64,000 bases of DNA, taken from positions 1,504,001 through 1,568,000 of the forward strand of contig CAXXXD010000003.1 of assembly GCA_963663385.2 (NCBI GenBank), read 5' to 3'. The DNA comes from Oceanispirochaeta sp. (GTDB taxonomy: Bacteria; Spirochaetota; Spirochaetia; DSM-2461). Shown piece by piece: positions 29,986-39,246 of the stretch. Each line of letters begins with the position of its first letter. The first letter of the stretch is position 1. The notes under the pieces are model-generated. The model had not been told where the DNA came from. It ran no database searches and saw only the letters and a program-made list of their open reading frames with translations. A program made the position numbers and the translations under genes.

Positions 29986-31077
29986 ATGAACAAAAAAAGG
30001 ATCATACTTATAGTAGATGACATACCCAAGAATATTCAGCTTGTAGCCCAGCATCTGAAACCTCTGAATTACAAACTCCTCTTTGCCACTTCCGGAAGCA
30101 AAGCTTTGAAACTCCTTGAGGAAAATCCGGTCGATCTGATTCTGATGGATATTATGATGCCCGAGATGAATGGTTTTGAAACCTGTCGGATAATAAAGGG
30201 AAAGTCCCAGTACTCCCGTTTGCCCATTATATTCCTGACAGCCAGGAATGAGGTCAGCGATATTGTGGAAGGCTTTGATGCGGGGGGCTCAGATTATATA
30301 ACCAAACCTTTTCATGGACAGGAGTTAATTGAACGGGTTAAAACTCATCTGGAATTGAAGATTCACAGGGATCAGCTGCAGGAAAGGCAGAGACAGCTAC
30401 AGGAGCTGCTGCACATTCTGTCCCATGATCTGAGAAACAGCCTTTCAGGAATTACCATGACCATGGACCTGGCGGATATGGAAAAAAGGCCCCTGAATAA
30501 CTATGAGCTTCGTCTGAGAGACCTCTCCCAGAACGGATTGAGTATTATTGATCTGGTAAGAACCATGCTCTCTTTAAATGAAAAACCCCTGGAACTGAAA
30601 CCGACGAATCTGAATGAATCTCTCAATCAATCCCTTACCATTCTCAAACCCTTTATTGATTCGAAGAAGATCAGAGTAAAAATCCATCATACCAGTGATC
30701 TGCAGGTAATGGCAGAACCGACATCCCTTGTCAACTCCGTATTAAACAATATTCTGACCAATGCCTGCAAATTCACGGAAGAGAAAGGAGAACTGATCAT
30801 CACTATGGAGGAAAAGAACCAGAATACCGTTCTGACCCTGCGGGATTTCGGCGTCGGGATCCCCGAGGAAATACAGAGTTATCTCTTTGATATTCACAGG
30901 GCAACCAGCCGCCCGGGAACAAATGGTGAGAAAGGGACCGGATACGGACTGCCCCTGGCCAGGAAATTTATGAATGCCTATGGAGGAACCATTCATATCC
31001 GTTCAAAAACAGCCGGTACCCCGGATTTCCCGCGGGGAACGGAAATATCCCTCTCCTTTCCGGAGATTGAAATCTGA
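29986..31077 (+). CDS. Hybrid response regulator-histidine kinase (REC-HisKA-HATPase)
   Basis: ILIVDD, LMDIMMP, DYITKPF; SHDLRN; GEKGTGYGL. Confidence 0.92.
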   Translation: MNKKRIILIVDDIPKNIQLVAQHLKPLNYKLLFATSGSKALKLLEENPVDLILMDIMMPEMNGFETCRIIKGKSQYSRLPIIFLTARNEVSDIVEGFDAGGSDYITKPFHGQELIERVKTHLELKIHRDQLQERQRQLQELLHILSHDLRNSLSGITMTMDLADMEKRPLNNYELRLRDLSQNGLSIIDLVRTMLSLNEKPLELKPTNLNESLNQSLTILKPFIDSKKIRVKIHHTSDLQVMAEPTSLVNSVLNNILTNACKFTEEKGELIITMEEKNQNTVLTLRDFGVGIPEEIQSYLFDIHRATSRPGTNGEKGTGYGLPLARKFMNAYGGTIHIRSKTAGTPDFPRGTEISLSFPEIEI

Positions 31078-31084
31078 TTCCCGT

Positions 31085-34000
31085 CTACAACAGCAGCATC
31101 AGTTTTTCCTTCAGGAATTCAGATTTCTCAACAAGCCCTATCTTTCCGGTTTCAATAATCAACCTTTCTGGATGGGCCGCATCCAGTTTGACCTGCCCGT
31201 TGGAAACGGCAATCATCTTCATAAGATTATCGACAGATATTATCGCAACCTTTCCGAAGTCGATATAAACAACACCCTGCCTCTCTTTCATGGCGGAGAT
31301 CCAGAGTTGACGGCAGATAATGCGGATTTCCGCCAGCGCCAGAAGACTCTGCATTTCCGATGGAAGGGGACCGAAACGGTCATACAGTTCGGCATAGATC
31401 CTGTCCTGCTCCTCTTTTTCAGAAATAGAGGCAACTTTTTTATAAACTTCCATCTTTTCTGTGGGATCATGGATGTAGGTGTCCGGGATAAAACCTGTGT
31501 AATCCAGTTCAAGGTAAACTTCAGGCGGCTCTTCCTCCCGTTCCTCCTGGCTCCTCTCTATGATGGCGTCTTCCAGCAGTTTAAGGTACATATCAAATCC
31601 GACCGCCAGGATTTCACCGGACTGCTCGCTTCCCAGCAGGTTTCCGGCTCCCCGGACTTCCATATCCTTCATGGCAATCTTGAATCCCGATCCCAGATCC
31701 GTAAAATCGGAAATTATCTGAAGCCTTTTCATGGCAATATCCGACAGGACCCGGTTTTCCGGGTATAACAGGTAGGCATAGGCCAGCCGCTCCGACCGGC
31801 CTACCCGTCCGCGCAGCTGATAGAGTTGTGATATACCATACATATCAGCCCGGTCAATTATAATCGTATTGACATTGGGTATGTCTATTCCGTTTTCGAT
31901 AATTGTCGTAGAGACAAGAACCTGAAAGGCTCCGTGGATAAAACGGTGCATAATCTCTTCCAGTTCCCTGGGGGTCATCTGGCCGTGGGCTATTTCGACA
32001 AAAACCTCGGGAACCAGTTCCTGCAGAAATATCTGTATGCTTTCCAGAGACTCCACCCTGTTGTGAAGAAAGAACACCTGCCCGCCCCGCTCCATTTCCC
32101 GCCGGATGGCACGGGCTACCGTATCCGGATCGAATTCCTGAATAAATGTTTCGATGGGCTGCCTGTTTTTCGGCGGGGTTTTCAGAACCGACATATCCCT
32201 TATTTTTACAAGTGACATATGCAGGGTACGCGGGATAGGCGTAGCCGACAGGGTCAGACAGTCTATATTATTTTTAATTTCCTTTAAGCGTTCCTTGTCT
32301 TTAACGCCGAAACGCTGTTCCTCATCGATAATCATCAGACCAAGGTTCTTGAATTTAATATCCTTTGACAGGATACGGTGGGTTCCTATCAGGAGGTCGA
32401 TCTCCCCTTCGGTCAGACGTTTCAGGGTCTCCTTCTGTTCCGCTTTGGATACGAAACGGGACAGCATCGCTATTCGTACAGGAAACCTTTTAAACCGTTC
32501 CAGAAAATTCTCGTAGTGCTGTTCCGCCAGAATCGTCGTGGGACAGAGAAAAGCGACCTGCCGCCCTCCCATAACCCCCTTAAAGGCGGCCCGCATGGCA
32601 ATCTCTGTTTTACCGTATCCCACATCGCCGCACACAAGACGGTCCATGGGCCGGGGAGATTCCAGGTCCTGTTTTATATCGGCAATGGCATTGAGCTGAT
32701 CCCGGGTTTCCTGGTAGGGAAAGGACGCTTCAAATTCAATCTGAAAATCGTCATCCTTCGGGAAAGCGTATCCCCTGGCCGTCTGCCTGCCCGCATACAG
32801 CTTGACAAGACGGTCTGCCAAATCTTCAACAGACTTGCGGACCTTCTTCTTTTTGTTATCCCAGCTCTTTCCTCCGATTTTATCCAGCCGGGGGCGGCGG
32901 CTTTCCTGTCCGATATAGCGCTGGACCAGGTTCACCTGTTCTATGGGGATGAAGACAGTTTCTTCGCCGGCATATTCCAGTGAGATATAGTCTCTCTCAT
33001 TGCCGGCGGCCCTGATCCGTTCGATCCCCTTGAACAACCCGATTCCGTAGTTTACATGAACCACATAATCACCGGGATTCAGCTCGACAAAGGAGTCGAT
33101 GACTTCGCTTTTAGCCTTGCTGACAGAACTGGGAACCTTCTTCTTGCGGCCGAAAATTTCATTTTCCTGAATAACGAGGATCTTGTCCGCAGTAAGGCAG
33201 AACCCGCCCGAAATGCTTTCCGGAATCACCACAGGTTCAAATTCTTTCAGCATGAAACCGATCCGGTCCGACTGGGATTCCGATTCGGCAAAGATAAAAA
33301 TCTGGTAGTTCTGGTTCCGGAATCCGGCCATTTCCTCTTTGAGATAGTTTATGTTCCCGAAGAAGGAACGTCCCGGATCGCATTCAAAATGGAGGGCGTC
33401 CGGGCTGTCCTCCTGTTTAAGGTTGTGAATAAGGAGGGTTTTACGGTGAAGCCTTATCCTCTCGTCCAGAGGCGAGATGAATCTTTCGGGATGGGGAACA
33501 ATCATCCCCTGTTCCCTGGCCTTCAGGTAGAGTTCGTCATACTCCTTGAGAAGGACCGCTTCTCCGGATTTGAACCCTTCCATGTCTATAAGGTAAAGGA
33601 AATCCTCCACTCCGATAAAATCCGTCAGGGCTGCGGGTTTTTTAAAAGCCAGGGGGTAGTATAGTTCTTCCCCTCTGAATTCCCCGCTGACCGAAAGCAT
33701 ATCCAGAATCTTTTCAAAAGCGGCGCTCTCCAGGTTGGTTTCCAGTTGTCCTATTCTCTCGTCATCCCACACGACTTCCTTTGAAGGATAGATATGGATC
33801 CGGGGAATTTTCTCCTGCGAAGCCTGTGTGACCGGATTAAAGAACTTGATCTCCTCTACTTCATCAAATTCAAATACGATACGGACAGCCTCTTCATAAC
33901 CGGGTAGAAAGATATCCAGAACTTCCCCTCTCAGGGCGAATTCTCCGGGAACACTGACCCTGGGAACCCTCAGGTATCCATACTCCTGCAGCCTCTTTTC

Positions 34001-34468
34001 CAGGAAAATCGGATCAATTTCCGACCCGATATGAATATCCAGCAGAAGGGATTTCATATAGTCCGCCGGAGGAAGACTGGAGAGGTAGGTCCGCAGGGAG
34101 GCGACAAATACGGCGCCTTCGGCATTCATCATTTCATAGAGGGTTTTAACCCTTCTGCCGAAGACCGAGGCCTGGGGAGAGACTCCTTTATACAGCATGG
34201 TTCCCCACCAGGGCATATGGCTGACCTTCGGATGAAACAGGGACAAGTCACGAACCAGTTCTTCCGCTTCCTTTTCGCCGGAAACAATCAACAGGGCGTT
34301 TTTACGGGACAGGTTCTGAAGATGCCCGACCAGACCTGCCAGGTAGCTGCCTCTCAAACCGGTTAAATGCACGGGGAAATGACCGGAATTGACCTGGTCC
34401 AGAAGGGAATTGAAGATATCATTTTGCTTGAAGTGCTTTGTAATCGTATTTTGGTATAATGTTATCAT
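31085..34468 (-). CDS. mfd: Transcription-repair coupling factor
   Basis: UvrB-like module, CarD/RID (VVHVNYGIG), GDVGYGKTE, DEEQRFG, QLRGRVGRS, TRCF C-terminus. Confidence 0.98.
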   Translation of the reverse strand: MITLYQNTITKHFKQNDIFNSLLDQVNSGHFPVHLTGLRGSYLAGLVGHLQNLSRKNALLIVSGEKEAEELVRDLSLFHPKVSHMPWWGTMLYKGVSPQASVFGRRVKTLYEMMNAEGAVFVASLRTYLSSLPPADYMKSLLLDIHIGSEIDPIFLEKRLQEYGYLRVPRVSVPGEFALRGEVLDIFLPGYEEAVRIVFEFDEVEEIKFFNPVTQASQEKIPRIHIYPSKEVVWDDERIGQLETNLESAAFEKILDMLSVSGEFRGEELYYPLAFKKPAALTDFIGVEDFLYLIDMEGFKSGEAVLLKEYDELYLKAREQGMIVPHPERFISPLDERIRLHRKTLLIHNLKQEDSPDALHFECDPGRSFFGNINYLKEEMAGFRNQNYQIFIFAESESQSDRIGFMLKEFEPVVIPESISGGFCLTADKILVIQENEIFGRKKKVPSSVSKAKSEVIDSFVELNPGDYVVHVNYGIGLFKGIERIRAAGNERDYISLEYAGEETVFIPIEQVNLVQRYIGQESRRPRLDKIGGKSWDNKKKKVRKSVEDLADRLVKLYAGRQTARGYAFPKDDDFQIEFEASFPYQETRDQLNAIADIKQDLESPRPMDRLVCGDVGYGKTEIAMRAAFKGVMGGRQVAFLCPTTILAEQHYENFLERFKRFPVRIAMLSRFVSKAEQKETLKRLTEGEIDLLIGTHRILSKDIKFKNLGLMIIDEEQRFGVKDKERLKEIKNNIDCLTLSATPIPRTLHMSLVKIRDMSVLKTPPKNRQPIETFIQEFDPDTVARAIRREMERGGQVFFLHNRVESLESIQIFLQELVPEVFVEIAHGQMTPRELEEIMHRFIHGAFQVLVSTTIIENGIDIPNVNTIIIDRADMYGISQLYQLRGRVGRSERLAYAYLLYPENRVLSDIAMKRLQIISDFTDLGSGFKIAMKDMEVRGAGNLLGSEQSGEILAVGFDMYLKLLEDAIIERSQEEREEEPPEVYLELDYTGFIPDTYIHDPTEKMEVYKKVASISEKEEQDRIYAELYDRFGPLPSEMQSLLALAEIRIICRQLWISAMKERQGVVYIDFGKVAIISVDNLMKMIAVSNGQVKLDAAHPERLIIETGKIGLVEKSEFLKEKLMLLL

Positions 34469-34513
34469 TTAAAAAAACCGAAATTAATAAAAAGAATTTG
34501 TTTGGGAGTTCCC

Positions 34514-35458
34514 ATGACCAGAAAGCGAATAAGCTTAATATTCCTGTTGTTCCTGATCCCGGTCGTTGCCGCTGTCGCCGCAGAACCGGTATTCAGCATA
34601 AGATATTATAATAAGAAAATCTATTACCCCGAGAGTCCCATTCAGATAAAAGTGATTCTGTCGAACCCGGATTCCGCGCCGATTTCCTTCAAGATTGCGG
34701 AAAACAGAACATTCAATTTTCTCTTTACCCTGAAAACCCTTAAGAACGAGTCCCTGCCGCCCTCCCGGGAATATCTGATAAACTACAGCAGCAATGAGCC
34801 TGCCTACTACAGGATGGTAACCCTTGAACCGGGAGAGGAGTTTGGTTTTATACTGGACCTGGACTCTTTTGTAGATGTATCCGATCCCGGTGTCTACATA
34901 CTGGACGGCAGGTTTTTTTCCGACCTGAACAATAAGGCGGCTGATGGAATAGAATCCAATAAACTCTCCCTGACAATACGCCCCGGCATGTACGCTTCCG
35001 ATTATTCTGATAAAATTGATCTGGAAACCGGCGAGATCCTGAGGCAGGAAAGCCTGCCCCCCGATGAAATCGTGGAATATTTGCTTAAGGCCAGACAGAA
35101 AAACCAGTGGAACAAGTTCTTCCTCTATCTTGATTTAAAGGAAATCCTTCTTCAGAATGACAGGATTCGCCGCCAGTTTGAAAAGATGTCGGAGGAGGAG
35201 CAGCGCCTTTCCCTGGAAGAGTATAAAGAAGAGCTTAAAACGGGTCAGATGCCCGAGAACCAGAATATAGTGAATATCCCTCAGGATTTTGAAATTCTCC
35301 AAACCAGTTATAACAGCAACGAAGCAACGGTCATCGTCAAGGAAGTCTTCCGGAATATTGGATTCAATGAAATTAAAAGGTACACGTACTATCTGAATAA
35401 ATATGATAACGTATGGAAAATCCATCGCTATGAAGTTAAGAATGTCGGGACAGAATAA
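34514..35458 (+). CDS. Conserved secreted hypothetical protein
   Basis: ATG at 34514 after GGGAG; signal peptide MTRKRISLIFLLFLIPVVAAVAA. Confidence 0.7.
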   Translation: MTRKRISLIFLLFLIPVVAAVAAEPVFSIRYYNKKIYYPESPIQIKVILSNPDSAPISFKIAENRTFNFLFTLKTLKNESLPPSREYLINYSSNEPAYYRMVTLEPGEEFGFILDLDSFVDVSDPGVYILDGRFFSDLNNKAADGIESNKLSLTIRPGMYASDYSDKIDLETGEILRQESLPPDEIVEYLLKARQKNQWNKFFLYLDLKEILLQNDRIRRQFEKMSEEEQRLSLEEYKEELKTGQMPENQNIVNIPQDFEILQTSYNSNEATVIVKEVFRNIGFNEIKRYTYYLNKYDNVWKIHRYEVKNVGTE

Positions 35459-36163
35459 ATGAAACTACTTTTTGTGAATCAGGATGAAAAAACCACCGCC
35501 AGAGTATTCCGCTATTTTACCCCCCTGGGATACTCGGTCATCCAATACGACAACCCTCTTAAAGCCATGGATAATTTCAGGGAGATCCGGCCGGAGGCTG
35601 TTATTTTCAATGAAATGGATTATCCCCGCCACTGGAAGCTGGCGGTACAGTTTCTACGGCAGAATTTCTCGAAAGAAACCGCCCCCTTCCTCCTGGTGGT
35701 AAACAGGGACTTCCCGGAAACCGAACTGGACAAGGCCCATCTTCTGGGAGTTAACGGGATTCTGAAAGTAGAAGAGGAAGCGGATCTTTCCCTGAAAGAT
35801 CTTGAATCCCAGATTCTCCGCTACAAACCTTCGCCTGATGTAAGGAAAGAACGGCACCTTCTTCCTCTGGGGAGCCGGGTTATGGATATAATGTTTATGA
35901 ATCCGGAAAATCTGCAGCTCGTAACATCACGGGTTCTGGAGTTATCCGAGAATGGGGCTATTGTAAAACCGACGGAACGGATCAAGACGGAAGGGTTGAA
36001 AGAAGGAGTGGAGCTTAAGGGTTGTTCCCTTAAAACAGGCGAGTCCATTGTCAGCATGACTGTCCGGATTGTTAAAATCAACGGTATTTTCGAACTGGAA
36101 TTTCTGGAAGGCAAAGATGACTGGAAAGATCAGGTTTTAGCGGCAATCCAATCCTTTAACTGA
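35459..36163 (+). CDS. Pseudo-receiver domain + PilZ-like domain protein
   Basis: N-terminal CheY-like pattern lacking canonical Asp residues; C-terminal RKER..ELSENGA beta-barrel pattern. Confidence 0.6.
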   Translation: MKLLFVNQDEKTTARVFRYFTPLGYSVIQYDNPLKAMDNFREIRPEAVIFNEMDYPRHWKLAVQFLRQNFSKETAPFLLVVNRDFPETELDKAHLLGVNGILKVEEEADLSLKDLESQILRYKPSPDVRKERHLLPLGSRVMDIMFMNPENLQLVTSRVLELSENGAIVKPTERIKTEGLKEGVELKGCSLKTGESIVSMTVRIVKINGIFELEFLEGKDDWKDQVLAAIQSFN

Positions 36164-36171
36164 TTCCTGTC

Positions 36172-36200
36172 TTAACAATATTTCCAAATCACTGTATATT
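36172..36200 (+). promoter_or_regulatory. Candidate metK promoter
   Basis: TTAACA-17 nt-TATATT. Confidence 0.45.
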
Positions 36201-36318
36201 AGGATCGGCTAAGGCATTAATTTATGATGAAGTTGGCCCCGGGCCGCTTTCTCATTTATAATAAAATTTGAATCCATGTAAAAAATGGGTCTTGTGAATA
36301 TCTTTAGGAGGATTTTTC

Positions 36319-37479
36319 ATGAATTTACGAAATACTTACCAGTTCACCTCTGAAAGCGTTGGAGAGGGACATCCGGATAAAGTCTGCGATATGATATCTG
36401 ATGCGGTTCTTGATACAGCACTGGCTCAGGACAGCGAATCCAGAGTAGCCTGTGAATGTTTTGCGTCTACAGGTATGGTTCTGGTCGGCGGAGAGATAAC
36501 GACCAACGGCTATATTGATATTATTCAGGTAGCCAGAGAAACTCTGAAAGAGATTGGTTACGATGACCACCGTTTCGGTATCGATTACCACTCATTTTCC
36601 GTGCTCTCTGCTATCAAGCCCCAGTCTGCGGATATCAGCATGGGGGTTACGGAAGGTCAGGGCCTTCACAAAGAGCAGGGTGCAGGAGACCAGGGTCTTA
36701 TGTTCGGTTACGCCTGCCGCGATACGGAAGAACTGATGCCCGCCCCTATTCAGTATTCCCATCAGATTATGAAACGGGCTTCGGTTGTCAGAAAAAACAA
36801 GGTGCTGGACTTTCTGGGTCCAGACGGAAAGTGTCAGGTGACAGTAGACTATGTGGGTGGAAAGCCCTCCCATATCTCAACAGTTGTCCTGTCCCACCAG
36901 CATGTTGAGGTTCCCTACGAAAGGATCCGGGAAGGCCTGATAGAAGAGGTTATCAAAAAAGCCCTTCCCATGGACATGATAAACGACAAGACCATTTTCC
37001 ATGTCAACCCAACGGGGAATTTTGTCATTGGCGGTCCCGAAGGAGATGCCGGCCTGACGGGCCGTAAGATTATTGTTGATACCTACGGCGGTGCTGCTGC
37101 TCACGGTGGCGGAGCGTTCTCCGGAAAAGACCCCTCCAAGGTGGACAGATCCGCTGCCTATATGGCCCGTTACGTAGCCAAAAACCTGGTAGCCGCCGGT
37201 GTGGCGGACAAGTGTCAGGTTCAGCTGGCCTATGCTATCGGTATTGCCGAACCTGTCTCCCTTTACATCGATACCTTCGGGACAGGCAAGGTGGATGAAT
37301 CGGAAATCGAAAAAGCTGTTAATTCTATTTTCAAACTGACTCCCTCGGGAATCATCAGCACCTTCGATCTGAAACGTCCCATCTACAAACAGACTGCGGC
37401 CTATGGTCATTTCGGCCGGAGCGAATTCCCCTGGGAATCTCTGGAAATGGTGGATTCTGTTAAAAAAGCCCTGCTGTAG
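36319..37479 (+). CDS. metK: S-adenosylmethionine synthetase
   Basis: [51 protein letters not shown]. Confidence 0.99.
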   Translation: MNLRNTYQFTSESVGEGHPDKVCDMISDAVLDTALAQDSESRVACECFASTGMVLVGGEITTNGYIDIIQVARETLKEIGYDDHRFGIDYHSFSVLSAIKPQSADISMGVTEGQGLHKEQGAGDQGLMFGYACRDTEELMPAPIQYSHQIMKRASVVRKNKVLDFLGPDGKCQVTVDYVGGKPSHISTVVLSHQHVEVPYERIREGLIEEVIKKALPMDMINDKTIFHVNPTGNFVIGGPEGDAGLTGRKIIVDTYGGAAAHGGGAFSGKDPSKVDRSAAYMARYVAKNLVAAGVADKCQVQLAYAIGIAEPVSLYIDTFGTGKVDESEIEKAVNSIFKLTPSGIISTFDLKRPIYKQTAAYGHFGRSEFPWESLEMVDSVKKALL

Positions 37480-37517
37480 TTCAGCCGGTGTAGTATAATA
37501 CAGTTAAGGAGGGGCAG

Positions 37518-38504
37518 TTGGAAGTTTTTCCCCGTTTGTATGAAAGCACTTCCCGGGAAGGTGAATACAGATGTCTCCTCTGCCCTCATAACTGTCTTCT
37601 TAAAACGGAACAGCACGGCATCTGCCGTGTAAGAATATCAACCGATTCGGGTATAAAACCTGTCCATCCGGCTCCCGTTACCGCCCTGGCGGTGGATCCC
37701 ATAGAAAAAAAGCCCCTTTTTCACTTTCTCCCGGGGAGTTCCATCCTCTCCATCGGTTTTGACGGTTGCAACCTGCGCTGTCCCTTCTGCCAGAACTGGC
37801 GGATAGCCCAGAGTGTTTCCCACGAATATTACGATCTCCCGCCGGAGGAGCTGCCACCGCTGAGCCGGCTGAAGGAGAGCCCCGGAGTCGCCTTTACCTA
37901 CTCGGAGCCCCTGATCCATTACGAGTATCTGATTCAGGCCGCAGAGCTTCTTAAAAAGGAAAATTTAGTATCCATTCTGGTTTCGAACGGATACATAGAA
38001 AAAACACCCGGTAAGTACCTTGCCGACCGCCTGGATGCTGTTAAAGTGGACCTGAAGGGCTTTAGTGAGGAGTGGTATGCCGGAGAGCTGAAGGGGCACC
38101 TGAAGCCGGTACTGGACTTTATTACGATCTGCGCTGAGAGGACCCATCTGGAGGTGGTAACTCTGATTGTCCCGGGCAAGAACGACTCCACCGATGAGAT
38201 CAGGGAGAGTGCCAAATTCCTGGCTTCCCTGAGTCCTGAAATTCCCTTTCACCTGAGTGCTTATTATCCCCAGTACCACTACACTATCCCTCCCACGGAC
38301 AGGGAAACGGTCCTTAATCTGGCGGATACGGCCAGGGAGTACCTTAAGTATGTGTATACGGGGAATATCGGCGCTCCCAACCGGACACTCTGTTCCGGCT
38401 GCGGGGCTGTGTTGATTGATCGAAGCGATTATTCGGTTAATTCGGAGGGTTTGAAAAACGGCGAGTGCCGGGAGTGCGGGACTCCCCTTCCGGGACGTTT
38501 CTGA
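37518..38504 (+). CDS. amrS: AmmeMemoRadiSam system radical SAM enzyme
   Basis: CLLCPHNC...GICRVR, DPIEKKPLFHF, CNLRCPFCQN, FTYSEP, YVYTGN, C-terminal CxxC pairs. Confidence 0.9.
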   Translation: MEVFPRLYESTSREGEYRCLLCPHNCLLKTEQHGICRVRISTDSGIKPVHPAPVTALAVDPIEKKPLFHFLPGSSILSIGFDGCNLRCPFCQNWRIAQSVSHEYYDLPPEELPPLSRLKESPGVAFTYSEPLIHYEYLIQAAELLKKENLVSILVSNGYIEKTPGKYLADRLDAVKVDLKGFSEEWYAGELKGHLKPVLDFITICAERTHLEVVTLIVPGKNDSTDEIRESAKFLASLSPEIPFHLSAYYPQYHYTIPPTDRETVLNLADTAREYLKYVYTGNIGAPNRTLCSGCGAVLIDRSDYSVNSEGLKNGECRECGTPLPGRF

Positions 38505-38521
38505 TTTTTTTACAATAATAG

Positions 38522-38550
38522 TTGACAGTTTTTCGCCTGTCTTGTATATT
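38522..38550 (+). promoter_or_regulatory. tRNA-Asn promoter
   Basis: TTGACA-17 nt-TATATT. Confidence 0.8.
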
Positions 38551-38568
38551 ACCTCTCGTTACTGATAT

Positions 38569-38641
38569 TCCCCTGTAGCTCAGTCGGTAGAGCGGGTGGC
38601 TGTTAACCACCATGTCAGCAGTTCGAGTCTGTTCGGGGGAG
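38569..38641 (+). tRNA. tRNA-Asn(GTT)
   Basis: TCCCCTGTAGCTCAGTCGGTAGAGCGGGTGGCTGTTAACCACCATGTCAGCAGTTCGAGTCTGTTCGGGGGAG; anticodon GTT; CCA not encoded. Confidence 0.97.
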
Positions 38642-38645
38642 CTTG

Positions 38646-38681
38646 AAAGACTGTCTGGTTTTTCCGGACAGTTTTTTTTTT
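38646..38681 (+). terminator. tRNA-Asn terminator
   Basis: ACTGTCTGG-TTTTT-CCGGACAGT followed by a T run. Confidence 0.85.
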
Positions 38682-38871
38682 GCCCTTTTTGATTCACATT
38701 TGTATGAATCTCCCCTATTCCGATAAAACCTTCATTTGCCTGAAACTGTGAAATTCCATGCAATCCCATAGCGCGCTAGTTATATCGATGTCTATATAAC
38801 TTTCTCCTGGGAGGGCGATTACTGCGTCTCTATAAATTTCAAAATTCAATTAATATATAAAGGATAAATAT

Positions 38872-39196
38872 ATGCACGAAAAAAAACATTTCTCTTTCTA
38901 CTATTTGGTACATTCAATATATTTGCACAAGTTCCTTTCGAGGTTAATTATTCTGCTGGCCCATGATTATTGGGATGGGTTTCCAGTTAATGGATTAATA
39001 ATTTCTAATGGTTTTGTATCAAGAAGAAATTCAACATTATTCGAAAAAAATAATAGAGCTCATCAAATTCAAATATCTTCTGGTGATGGTAATTTTTCAT
39101 TTGTATATGAATTAGATGATATTTCAGATTTGCAAGTATTAAAACTTCCAGCTTATGCATCTGAAATAACAATAAAATCTGTATATCCAGTATTTA
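38872..39196 (+). pseudogene. Decayed secreted protein gene (NADase-type glycan-binding/discoidin-like domain)
   Basis: Out-of-frame signal peptide KTFLFLLFGTFNIFA|Q after an A8 run; C-terminal IISNGFVS...LFEKNNRAHQIQI...ELDD...LQ...IKSVYP ends abruptly. Confidence 0.55.
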
Positions 39197-39233
39197 ATCG
39201 GGTAGCCGGAGGCTTCTAACCTCCAGCTACCAC
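39197..39233 (-). mobile_element. Probable group II intron (class C, attC-type) domain VI / 3'-end remnant
   Basis: Minus strand GTGGTAGCTGGAGGTTAGAAGCCTCCGGCTACCCGAT|TAAAT: hairpin ending in GCTACCCGAT. Confidence 0.6.
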
Positions 39234-39246
39234 TCCTCAATTTCTC

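Noticed and set aside
30974..31768. 264-aa plus-strand ORF and other long antisense ORFs (e.g. 25137-25934, 45282-46355, 18985-19770)
   Set aside because: Shadow frames opposite well-supported genes (mfd, gltA, activase, fusA); no motifs or RBS.
36201..36318. SAM-I (S-box) riboswitch call upstream of metK
   Set aside because: Lacks the ATC..GAG..GAGGGA and GCAACC hallmarks.
38717..38761. Minus-strand peptide MEFHSFRQ resembling the tyrosine-integrase HxxR motif next to tRNA-Asn
   Set aside because: Only 14 codons with no other integrase motifs; compatible with chance.
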